Positions 53,806 through 64,000 of a stretch of 64,000 nt of DNA are shown here, one piece after another (within the stretch, counting starts at the first letter, position 1; each line of letters starts with the position of its first letter). Position numbers and translations under genes: made by a program. Source of the stretch: Eledone cirrhosa (lineage: Eukaryota). The stretch is taken from NCBI GenBank assembly GCA_964016885.1, contig OZ024758.1, positions 62,001-126,000 of the forward strand. The letters are read 5' to 3'. Below the pieces are notes generated by a model. It was given only the letters and a program-made list of their open reading frames with translations. It was not told where the DNA came from and did no database searches.

Positions 53806-54597
53806 TATGTATGTATATATATATATGTATGCATATGTGTGTGTATGTATGTATATATATGTGTATATGTATATATGTGTGTATGTATATATGTGTGTAT
53901 GTGTATATGTATATATGTGTATATGTATATATGTGTATATGTATATATGTGTATGTATATGTATATGTATGTATGTATATGTATGTATGTGTATATGTGT
54001 GTATATGTATGTGTATGTGTATATGTGTATATGTATGTATATGTGTATATGTATGTATATGTGTGTATGTATATGTATATATGTATGTATATGTATATAT
54101 GTATGTATGTGTATATATGTATGTATATGTATGTATATGTATATATGTATGTATGTATATGTATATATGTATGTATGTATATGTATATATGTATGTATGT
54201 ATATGTATATATACTTGTGTATATGTATATATACTTGTGTATATGTATATATACTTGTGTATATGTATATATACTTGTGTATATGTATATATACTCGTGT
54301 ATATGTATATATACTCGTGTATATGTATATATACTCGTGTATATGTATATATACTCGTGTATATGTATATATACTCGTGTATATGTATATATACTTGTGT
54401 ATATGTATATATACTTGTGTATATGTATATATACTTGTGTATATGTATATATGCTTGTGTATATGTGTATATGAATGTGTATATGCTTATGTGTATGTAT
54501 GTATGTATATGTATATTATGTATATATATATGTATGTGTGTATGTATGTGTATGTATGTATGTATGTATATGTATGTATATGTATTTATATGTATAT
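53806..54597. repeat. ~800-bp TA/TG compound microsatellite containing a 20-bp minisatellite (~54200-54460)
   Basis: atatgtatatatact(t/c)gtgt repeated about 12-13 times. Confidence 0.95.
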
Positions 54598-54926
54598 GGA
54601 GGCACATGGCTTAGTGGTTAGAGCATTGGCCTGGCAATCAAAAGATTGTGATTTCAATTCTCACACCGGGTGATGTGTTGTTTCCTTGAGCAAGACACTT
54701 TATTTCACATTGCTCCTGTTTACTCAGCTGTAAAAATGAGATGATAGGACAGGGGTCCCTATCATTCCACTGTAAAGTGGACGTGTAGGCGCCACGGATA
54801 TAAAGCACCCAGCACTCACTGTAAATGAGGTTGGTGTTAGGAAGGGCATCCGGCTGTAGAAATCAAGCCAGAATCAGTTCACGTCCCACCCTTGCAAACA
54901 GGGAAAAGCGGATGTAAAATGATGAT
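54598..54926 (+). mobile_element. tRNA-derived SINE with RTE-derived 3' tail
   Basis: A-box TGGCTTAGTGG, degenerate B-box, core ccttgagcaagacacttt, and tail cccacccttgcaaacagggaaaagcggatgtaaaatgatga equal to the RTE 3' end. Confidence 0.85.
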
Positions 54927-56542
54927 TCGTTGTTAATTCTAACCTTGCTGACTTTTTCTTCATACATGGTTTGTATAGCTCTGACAAGCAATTCATCAAC
55001 ACCTAGTTTTCTAAGAGTCCACCAGATAATGGAGCGGGGGACTCTGTCAAAGGCTTTCTCCAAGTCAACAAAAGCTAAGTATCGGGGTTTACTTTTAGCT
55101 AGGTACTTCTCCTGTAGTTGTCGTACAAGGAAAAGAGCGTCTGTGGTACTTTTACTTGACACAAACCCAAACGGCATTTCGTCTAGATCAATTCGCTCTC
55201 TTATTAATTGCGCTATAACTCTTTCTGTGACCTTCATGACCTGGTCAATTAATTTAATGCCTCTATAGTTTCCCCTATATAGGGCATCTCCTTTACCCTT
55301 GTAGCAGTTAATGATGATGATGCCATTATGCCAGTCATTTGGTATAACCCCATTCTGTATGACATGGTTTACTATCCGGGTGACCATAGAATGTCCCACC
55401 GATCCAGATGCTTTCAACATTTCAGCAACTATCTCTGAAGGCCCAGCTGCTTTGCCTGTCTCCATATCTTTGATTGCCTTACTTATTATACAACCTTCAA
55501 CTTGCACTGCTGGTTCCTCTATTGGATTGTTTTGGGGCAGACTATCTTTTTCCCACTTATTCTCCTCATTTAGTAGCCTCTCATAGTGACACTTCCAAGC
55601 TACCTTTTTATCTGTATCAGTGATGACAAGTATACCATCATCATTACGGGCACACTTCTCCCCGACAATATCACGGTTTTCCTTGACACATTGCCTAGCA
55701 ATCCTGAACACCTCACGTTTTTGGTCCTCACGTTGTAGAACATGCTTGAACTTTATTTCTTCTGCTTCCCTTCTTGCAAAGTACACTTGTCTCCTAGCTT
55801 CCCTCCTGGCCACTTGATAGGCTTCTCTGCTTCCCCCCATCCCGCCATGCTTTCCAAGCTCTCTTTTTGGCCTTGATTGACTCCTCCTGCCTATAGGTCT
55901 GCTCCAGCTACAGATTTCATCTGTTGCCTTCAGCAAGTTAACTTTCAGGAATTCCCACTGTTCCTCTATACTGTATGTCTCTAATTGCTCTTCTTTACTG
56001 TCAAAAGCATCAAGTAATTTGCTTTTAAATTTGTTACTGGCTGTGGGGTCCTTTAACTTTCATATTCTTCTTCTCAGGGTAGTCCTCCTCTGTTGTCGAA
56101 TACGTCTCGTCCTGACTATGAGGTCACTAACTATGAGCTATGTTGGGAGGTGCATTCTTCACGGGGGAGGGAAATAGTGTTTACAACAGACACTTTTTCA
56201 CATCTTCTGGTAAGGATATAATCTATCTGACTGCCATGTTCCCCTGATCTATAGGTGATCAAGTGATTGTCTGGTTTTTAAAGTTTGTGTTACAGATAGT
56301 TAGGTTATTAGAGTTACAGAATTCCAGGATTCTAAAACCTTCCTCATTTCTGGTACCAAACCTGTAGCCACCATGGATTCCATCATAGCTATCACAATGT
56401 TGTCCAACATGACCATTTAGGTCGGCAACAATTATGTTGTCACTGTCGGTTAGTTGGGAGGTAGTGAGCATTAGCGACTCATAGAATCTGTCTTTAATAA
56501 CGCCAGGCAGTCCACATTGGGGTGTGTAAGCAGATATTATTG
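54927..56542 (-). mobile_element. RTE LINE fragment (APE C-half, linker, RT N-half), same family as 50292-53700
   Basis: ORF 54863-55936 and ORF 56259-56471 are highly similar to the neighbouring copy. Confidence 0.93.
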
Positions 56543-56926
56543 TCCCCCTTTGCCCACCCGTCTCTTAAAGTAGCAGTAAAACATTGAACAATATTGAGTC
56601 AGCTTTTATAAAGTCGTTTGTCAAACGAGAGAACAGAGAGACAATACCAGTAACCACGAGAGAGACAACCAACCAACCATAATTATATAATAAATCAAAG
56701 TGAAAACAAAACAATATAATTCAACAGATTTTTCCAGATAAATCTTGCAAAACAATTTTTACCACCACCAACACCAACATAATTTCATCAACACACATAT
56801 TATACATATATATCTTTCATTTTCTAACCTTAATCCCTAACAAATCCCACCCCCTCCAGTTCTAAAAATAGCAAATTCTTCCAGAAAGATAGACAGGGAA
56901 GAGAGGAAACACAGAGAAGAGAGGAA

Positions 56927-57115
56927 CCCAGTATTTGACTGGTACTTTTATTCATAAAAAGATAAAGTGAGAAAAATAAAGAGAGGAAGAATTCACATCA
57001 GTATTTCACTGGTACTTTTTTTATCAACTTCCAAGGGATGAAAGGCAAAATTGACCTCGGCGGGATTTCAACTCAGAGAGCATAGAACAAAAAGGAATAC
57101 TGCAAAGTATTCTAA
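56927..57115 (-). mobile_element. SINE fragment with a local duplication of cagtatttgactggtacttt
   Basis: ggatgaaaggcaaaattgacctcggcgggatttcaactcaga (B-box-like on the minus strand); homologous to 45950-46020. Confidence 0.6.
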
Positions 57116-57469
57116 TAACTCCCACCTTATATGACATTTCATATATATATATATAACAATTGTATATATGCATGTGTGTATATACAACAAAATGATGAAA
57201 TTAATTAAATGGAAAATTTTTCCCCAATACAAAACGTAAAAATAAATTTAACAAAGCTTTTTTTTTAAGAAATTAATTATATTTAATTTTTTTTTTAAGA
57301 AATAAATGAAATTAAACTTTTTATTTTTTAAGAAAAAAATTAAATTGAACTTTTTTTTAAGAAATAAATTAAACAAATTTTATTTTTTAAGAAATAAATT
57401 AAATATAAATCTGACTGACCTGCAGCCATTTGACTTCCCGTGAGTGATTATGAACACACACCCACTAAT

Positions 57470-57890
57470 ATCATCATCATTTTACGTCCGCTTTTCCCTG
57501 CTTGCAAGGGTTGGACGGGTCCTATTCAGCACAGCATCTCTCCACTTGTCACGGTCCTTCGTCATCTCCTCGGTGAGATTTGAGGTCTGCTCTCACCACC
57601 TCCGCCCATGTTTTTCGTGGTCTACCTCTACTGCATCTTCCTTCTACTGGGATTTCTTGGCACTTCTTTAGCCGGCGGTCATCCTACATTCGCATCACAT
57701 GTCCATACCATCTCAGCCTTCTCTCCTGCACACCACAACTTATCCCTCTTATACCCAGTTTCTTTCTCAACTCGTCTATGCTTGGTCGTTCACGCACTTT
57801 GGCATTGCACATCCAATGGAGCATGCTTGCTTCATTTCTCTCTAGCCGTCGCATATCTTCTGCAGTTGCTGCCCATGTCTCACTACCATC
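57470..57890 (-). mobile_element. 5'-truncated RTE LINE 3' end (same family as the array unit)
   Basis: tcatcatcattttacgtccgcttttccctgcttgcaaggg...; collinear with 3270-3665. Confidence 0.9.
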
Positions 57891-59082
57891 TCACACATGT
57901 GTGTATGTATGAATCTGTGTGTGTGTGTATAATTGTGAACCTGGTGGTGGGGATGGAGGTGGTAGTAGTTGTTTGGGCGGAAATTTCATTGAGATGAAAG
58001 AAGTTTTGCCAGTCAGTGTGGGTATGTGTGTGTATGTGTAACAACAACAACACAAACACCGCCACCACTCACAACAACACCGCCAATCCAAACAACACCA
58101 GCAAAAACTAAAACATGATTTATTATTCTGTGAAGAAATTAAATATTTTGATCAGAACAATGTGAAATATATGTGTGTGTGTGAGTGTATGCATGTATGT
58201 GTGTACTTGTATATCGTAATTTCTATGTCTATATTTATGAGAAAGAAGGATAGAGAATCAACAGATCATGTATATAAATAGCTATTCAGTTTCATATATA
58301 CACACCCACCCAAAAATTAAAACTTAACCCTATCAATTCTTCTACAAATTGATGAATCCTGTCTTATCTAAGTGACAATCATATTTAAACAATAAAATAC
58401 AACCCCAAACCTTGAAAATACCTAACCTGTTGCAGTAATTATGTCACATGAAATATCTTTCTTTTAACAGCATACAATTAGCACTGACTGAGACCGAACC
58501 AGCCTTAACAAGGCATAAATTCAATCACAGTTTTATCAAACGACAACATTTCCGGATAAAAGGGAAACAACTCCAATAATTTTATTAAAATATTGTAGAG
58601 TAATCTCCCTTTGCTAATTGGAATGCTGCATAAACAGATTTGTAGTCTTATGTAAACACACAAACACTATACACAATAACATATATATATATATGTAGAT
58701 ATACATATAGATATACATATACGTGTATACATACATACATATATAGATATATGTACACATAAGTATATACATACATGACAATATACTATACCCCCACATC
58801 AAAACTAAAGCGCAACTATTTCAACGCTGGCAATCTAGCTCAACTTATCAGAGCTACAAGTCAAAATGTCAGAGTAAAAAGAAAAAAAAATTAAGCTTTT
58901 TAAACAAACGAGTTTTAGGAAATATATAAAATATAACCGGTGGCAATGTAATCCATCTTAGCAATTAATTATTATTGAAATTATATATTAAAAACAAATA
59001 GATATTTAGTGCTCAATGTCTGTTCATGTGAGTGAGAGAGTGTATGTGTGTGTTTTCTTCTTTCATTTTTTCACAAATTATT

Positions 59083-60678
59083 ATCCGATAGAGGGACCAG
59101 CTATTCACAAAGACGAATATAGGGTTAGGGCATCAAAAGTAGCTACTAAACTGGTTGCACGCATCGTCAATCAAGTTATATATATGGCTGAGTCATACCC
59201 AAAGACTGGTGCAGCAGTATTCTTATAAATTGCGACAAAGGTAGAAAGGGATGCTCTGGAAATGAGCAATTATAGGGGCATCAAACTGATGGATCCGGTT
59301 ATGAAAGTGACAGAAAGAATACTATTGCAACTAATTAGAGAAAGGGCCAAACTAAATGAGATGCAGTTTGGTTTTATGCCTGGGAAAAGTACAACAGATG
59401 CCCTCTTCTTAGTGATACAACTACAAGAGAGGTTCTTAGAGAAGAATAAGCCACTATACTTAGCTTTTGATGACTTAGAGGAGGTCTTTGATAGTGTACC
59501 ACGATCTGTCATCTGGTGGTCTCTAAGGAAAATAGGTGTAGAGGAATGGCTTGTGAGGACAGTGCAAGCTAAGTACAGAGGTTCTGTCAGTAAAGTGAGA
59601 GAAGTAATGGAGTTTAATGAGGAATTCCAGATACAAGTAGGAGTGCATCAGGGCTCTGTCCTCAGCCCGATCTTATTCATTATAATTCTCCAAGCCATAA
59701 CACGAGTTTAAGACTGACTGCCCATGGGAACTTCTCTAGGCTGACGATCTGGTACTTATAGCAGATTCAGTAGAGGAACTAGAGAAGAAATTCTGTCTAT
59801 GGAAAAATCAGTTGGAATCAAGAGGACTGAGAGTGAACCTAGCTAAGACAAAAGTATTGATAAGTAGAGAAGAGGACAAAACTCTGATTCCATCAGGGAA
59901 ATGGTCATGTTCAATATGTAGAAAAGGAGTTGGGATAAATTCTATAAAATGTACACAATGCAGATCCTGGGTACACAAGAGATGTAGTGGGATAGCAGGC
60001 AAACTAACAAGTAGAGAGAAATACGTATGCAGTAGTTGTACAGAACTTGACAGTAGAAGACGCAGTGATAGACACATTTACCACATGAAGGTGGGTTCTA
60101 AAGAAGTGGGTGATAGCTTCCGCTACCTAGGTGATCTGATTAGAATGGGAGGGGTGTTCCGAGACCATAATATCTAGAATAAGGACAGGTCGGAAGAAAT
60201 TTAGGGAGCTGCTTCCTCTGTTGACAAAGAAGGATTTCTCCCTGCGTACGAAAGGATGGTTATATGATGACTGTGTGAGATGCGCGATGCTGCATGATAG
60301 TGAGACTTGGGCAGCAACTGCAGAGGATATGCGATGGCTGGAGAGAAATGAACGACTAGGCATGGAGGACTTCAGGGAGAAACTGTTTAACTGGGATAAG
60401 TTGTAGTGTGCAGGAGAGAAGACTATGTTGGTATAGACATGTGATGCGCATGGAGGATGACACCTAGGTAAAGAAGTGCCAAGAAATCCCAGTAGAAGGA
60501 CAACGCAGTAGAGGAAGACCACGAAAAATACGGGCGGAGCTGGTGTGAGCAGACCTCAAATCTCTAAAGCTCAATGAGGAGATGACGAAGGACCGTGACA
60601 AGTGGAGAGATACTGTGCTCAATAGGTTCGTCCCACCCTTGCAAGCAAGGAAAAGCGGACGTAAAGTGATGAAGATAA
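59083..60678 (+). mobile_element. 5'-truncated RTE LINE (RT, PHD finger, 3' end), degenerate
   Basis: QFGFMPGKSTTDA, GVHQGSVLSP, stop-ADD, CSIC...CTQC..WVHKRC...CSSC, FRYLG, and tail gcggacgtaaagtgatga. Confidence 0.93.
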
Positions 60679-61599
60679 GACTTGTTGAAATTTAAACATC
60701 AACTAGGTAGATATGTATGCATGTGTGTGCAGCTATCCATCTATTTGTGTGTGCTTGTGTTCCTTTTCACTTATGTGTGCATCTGTATATGCTTAGTATT
60801 TAGATGCACATCATCTCCAATGTTTCAAATATTTTTTATCATACTTACATCGATTATACTTCGAATTACAAATATAGTCGTCTTCTTTCTATTTCTCTAA
60901 AGCAAAGCTTCACAACTAATATGAACGTATAGTCAGGGTCGACCATGTGCAAATGTTTCCTTATTTCTGCATAGAGAGTAATATAGATAAACAAATTATA
61001 TTATCTTCACCAACAAACGCTATATTGTCTCTCACTTTCAAGGATACGCTTTTGCAATAAAGACAAACTATCTGATTCCCTAATATATAATATTATATTG
61101 GTATCTGCTTGGCAGCGAACTCCAACTGCTGGGCGTCGTCTGTTATGCTTCCGATTCATTGCTTTTCACCGGAACAATCCACAACTACTCTTTCTATGTC
61201 TTAAAACGTTTGCTGTAACTCCCAATGTTTACTCTCGGGGATGACCTTTCTAGGGATTGCATTCTTCACACTTTTCGCCACATCTTTCCACAGCTTCTTC
61301 ACATCGGTCACATCTTCAATGTTCAATCTGCACAATTTCCACTTCTTTTCACATCTAGGTCTTTTGTGTACATCCCTATCTATTCTGTGACTCAGTTAGT
61401 CTTAGTTTCAAGTTCTTATATTGTAAAATAATCTTTCAACATGGGAGACAATATTGCACTTGTTGCTGAAGATAGACTTTTATCCTCTATATTATTCTCA
61501 CTCTCCAGCTTCCAGGTAACATATCCATGCATAATATTTGTGTGTGTGTGTCGTAATTTGTCTATATTTGAGAAAAGGATAATGATAAAAAGATATATA

Positions 61600-61912
61600 C
61601 AGGGAGGAGGAGAGTGACTTGGTGGTGGAACAATATGGTAGATGAGGCAGTTAAGGTTAAGCGACAGGCATGGAAAGAATGGAAGAACAGGGCACATTAC
61701 ATAGAGACCAGGAGGGAAGCTAGGCGACAAGTATACTTAGCTAGAAGGGAGGTAGAGGATAGGAAATTCAAGCATGTTTTGCAACACGAGGAACAGAAAC
61801 AGGAGGTGTTCCAGATTACGAGGCAGTGTGTCAGAGAGAATTGTGATGTCATTGGAGAGAAGTGTTTCCAGAATGATAAAGGTGAGCTTGCATTCACAAG
61901 TGCCCTATCCAT
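61600..61912 (+). mobile_element. RTE LINE linker fragment
   Basis: TWWWNNMVDEAVK...RREARRQVYLARRE...QCVRENCDVIGEKC. Confidence 0.85.
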
Positions 61913-61939
61913 ATAGGAGGTAGCAGAGCGGAAGCCAAA

Positions 61940-63392
61940 CAACATAGGCCAGTCTCCCTGACGTCACATATCAGTAAGGTCATGGAGCGAATCGTCAGAA
62001 AGAAACTGATCACTTTCCTCGAGGAAAATGACTGCCTGACTAACACACAGCATGGCTTTCACCCAGGAAGAAGCTGCCTTACACAGCTGCTACATCATTA
62101 AGACTGGGTACTGAAACAACTGCTTGACAGCTCACATGTGGACATGATATATCTGGACTTTGCGAAGGCCTTTGACAAAGTCGACCACGGAATGATATGT
62201 CACAAACTACACGGACTCACCATGACTAGAAAAGTAGGTGAGTGGCTGCACGACTTCTTAAAGGAAAGAAGCCAGACAGTCGCAGCAAACGGGGGCCCTC
62301 TCAAAGGAATTATCAATAACAAGTGGGGTTCCCCAAGGCACAGTCCTGGGACCACTACTGTTTTTGGTGGCTCTCTCAGACATACCCTCTGTAGTACATA
62401 CAACAACATCCCTCACTAGCTATGCTGATGACACTAAGGTAGCACAGAAATCAAAAACCCGGCTGACTCTGCCCTTTTACAACAAGGGCTGTATGCCATA
62501 TACAAATGGGCAGAAGACAACAACATGCAGTTTAATGCTGGCAAATTCCAAGTGCTACGCAATTCCTGCAAACACAAATACAGTACAACACAGTTACACC
62601 GGACCAGGAGGGACCGATATGACCGATATCCCTGGGTAAAAATCGATATGAGACTTGGGTATAGACATGAGCGATGATGCATCTTTTTCCTCTCACATCA
62701 TGAAAGTGGCGACAATGTGCAGACGACTCGCTGGCTGGATCTTGAAGACTTTCCGGACAAGAGACCGAGACACCATGTTGACACTATGGAGGACATTTGT
62801 CCTAAGCCGCCTGGACTATTGCTCCCAGTTGTGGTCACCCCATAGTGTCAAACTAACCATGGAGCTTGAGGCAATCCAGCGAAGCTACACCAAGAAGATT
62901 GTGACTATGAAGGAGATAAGCTACTGGGCGAGGCTAAAAGAACTGAACCTCTACTCCTTGGAATGAAGACGGGAGAGATACGCAGTGATCTACATGTGGA
63001 AAATCCTGGAGGGACTAGCACCAAACTTTGGCATTGGCAGCTGGACCAACTGCCGAACAGGACGTCATTGTGTGGTGCCAAAGATCCCGTCTTCCATATC
63101 TAGAATAAGGAGCAGATATTGCAAAAGTCTGGGGTTCAAGGACCCTCAACTCTTCAACAAGCTGCCAAGGGATCTGAGAGATCTGCATGGTGTGGATGTC
63201 TTCAAGAAACATGTCGACACCTTGCTATACAAGATCCTAGATGAGCCCACAGCAAGGCACGAGGGAAACCTAAGGGCAGCAGCAATGAACTCCCTGTTGC
63301 ACCAGTGGTCAACCAATACAGGCTGGAGATTAAATGTGTAGCAACAAGGGCGGTGCCCCAGCATAGCCTCAGCCGGATGGCTGGAACAGGTA
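61940..63392 (+). mobile_element. CR1-like LINE, 5'-truncated (RT to 3' end), frameshifted
   Basis: QHGF.PGRSCLTQLL, IYLDFAKAFDKVDH, SGVPQGTVLGPLLF, YADD, SRLDYCSQLWSP and LNLYSLE.RRER; ends at (TA)n. Confidence 0.9.
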
Positions 63393-63411
63393 AAAAGAGT
63401 ATATATATACA

Positions 63412-63442
<31 letters not shown>

Positions 63443-63447
<5 letters not shown>

Positions 63448-63820
63448 AAGTGTTAAAACGATCAAATTTTAGTTTAGAACATTTATTTGCTGACAATTGT
63501 TTCTTCCAGAAACATGTTACTAAAATCCTATCATTCAGAACATTTAAGATACATAATTGTTATTAGTGTCAAAGGCATCATGTGGAGAATCAGGAGTTAA
63601 AAAGATGTTCTGCTTGAAAGAACACAATTACAGGCAGCACTGGTTGGAAGTGTAATAGGTATAAGTAAAAAGCACAAGCAAAAAAATCACAGGCATAAAA
63701 GTTATAAGCAATGTTTCAACATTCCTTATGCTCCGATGATTCCAGACTTCCCTCTGGAAGAAACAATTGTCAGCAAATAAATGTTCTAAAGTAAAATTTG
63801 ATCATTTTAACACTTTGTAT
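63443..63820. mobile_element. Penelope-like element remnant with a 68-bp inverted (pseudo-LTR-like) repeat
   Basis: 63443-63510 is the reverse complement of 63753-63820 (2 mismatches); the right arm overlaps a hammerhead motif. Confidence 0.65.
63726..63780 (+). ncRNA. Minimal type I hammerhead ribozyme
   Basis: tgct-CCGATGA-ttccaga(cttccc)tctggaa-GAAAC-AATT-GTC^agca; predicted cleavage after C63771. Confidence 0.8.
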
Positions 63821-63869
63821 CTCGGTTCTGTAAAACACTTGAAAACTTGCATTGAGCCTTTTGTCATAC

Positions 63870-63911
63870 CGGTAACCTTCCAGATCATTATATGGAAGGT
63901 CATCTTCAGGG
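63870..63911 (-). other. Putative 42-nt phase 2-2 exon (PEDDLPYNDLEGY), or decayed hammerhead-like hairpin
   Basis: attttctttctcttag|CCCTGAAGATG...GGTTACCG|gtatga; also forms the stem tgaccttcca/tggaaggtta after CTGAAGA. Confidence 0.4.
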
Positions 63912-64000
63912 CTAAGAGAAAGAAAATACAGCGGTCTGAAGAAAGTGAAGAAGTTTGGCATGCCCGTCTAGCTGCTAACAGAGCCCAAACAGCTTTACCA

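Noticed and set aside
54598-54670. tRNA gene
   Set aside because: Degenerate B-box and no proper cloverleaf; continues into SINE body and LINE tail.
53738-54673. Long ORFs of 211-289 aa
   Set aside because: Translations of TA/TG microsatellite.
61100-61400. Possible old LINE linker or host exon on the minus strand
   Set aside because: Only vague similarity (KKWKLCRLN...KLWKDV) with stops; cannot be supported.

Overview
Repeat-rich metazoan DNA, most likely cephalopod/octopus-like (inferred from the RTE LINE, SINE and TA-microsatellite content). No intact host CDS can be established. Positions 1 to ~42,675 are a near-identical tandem array of ~12.7 copies of a 3.3-3.7 kb unit (3363, 3668, 3330 and 3635 bp variants, with a 17,087-bp higher-order period). 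Each unit is mostly broken RTE-LINE fragments. It also carries an AT-rich non-LINE island with canonical minus-strand splice signals: a 78-nt phase-2/phase-2 exon in 12 copies, a 9-nt microexon in the long variants only, a 55-nt exon with stops in all frames, and a terminal-type acceptor. The array may therefore have amplified exons of a hidden minus-strand transcript. The remaining ~21 kb is nested transposon remnants: several RTE LINEs (one near full length, with a PHD finger inside the RT), a CR1-type LINE, SINEs, Tigger/pogo, Merlin and Gypsy relics, foldback repeats, and two Penelope-type hammerhead ribozyme motifs.
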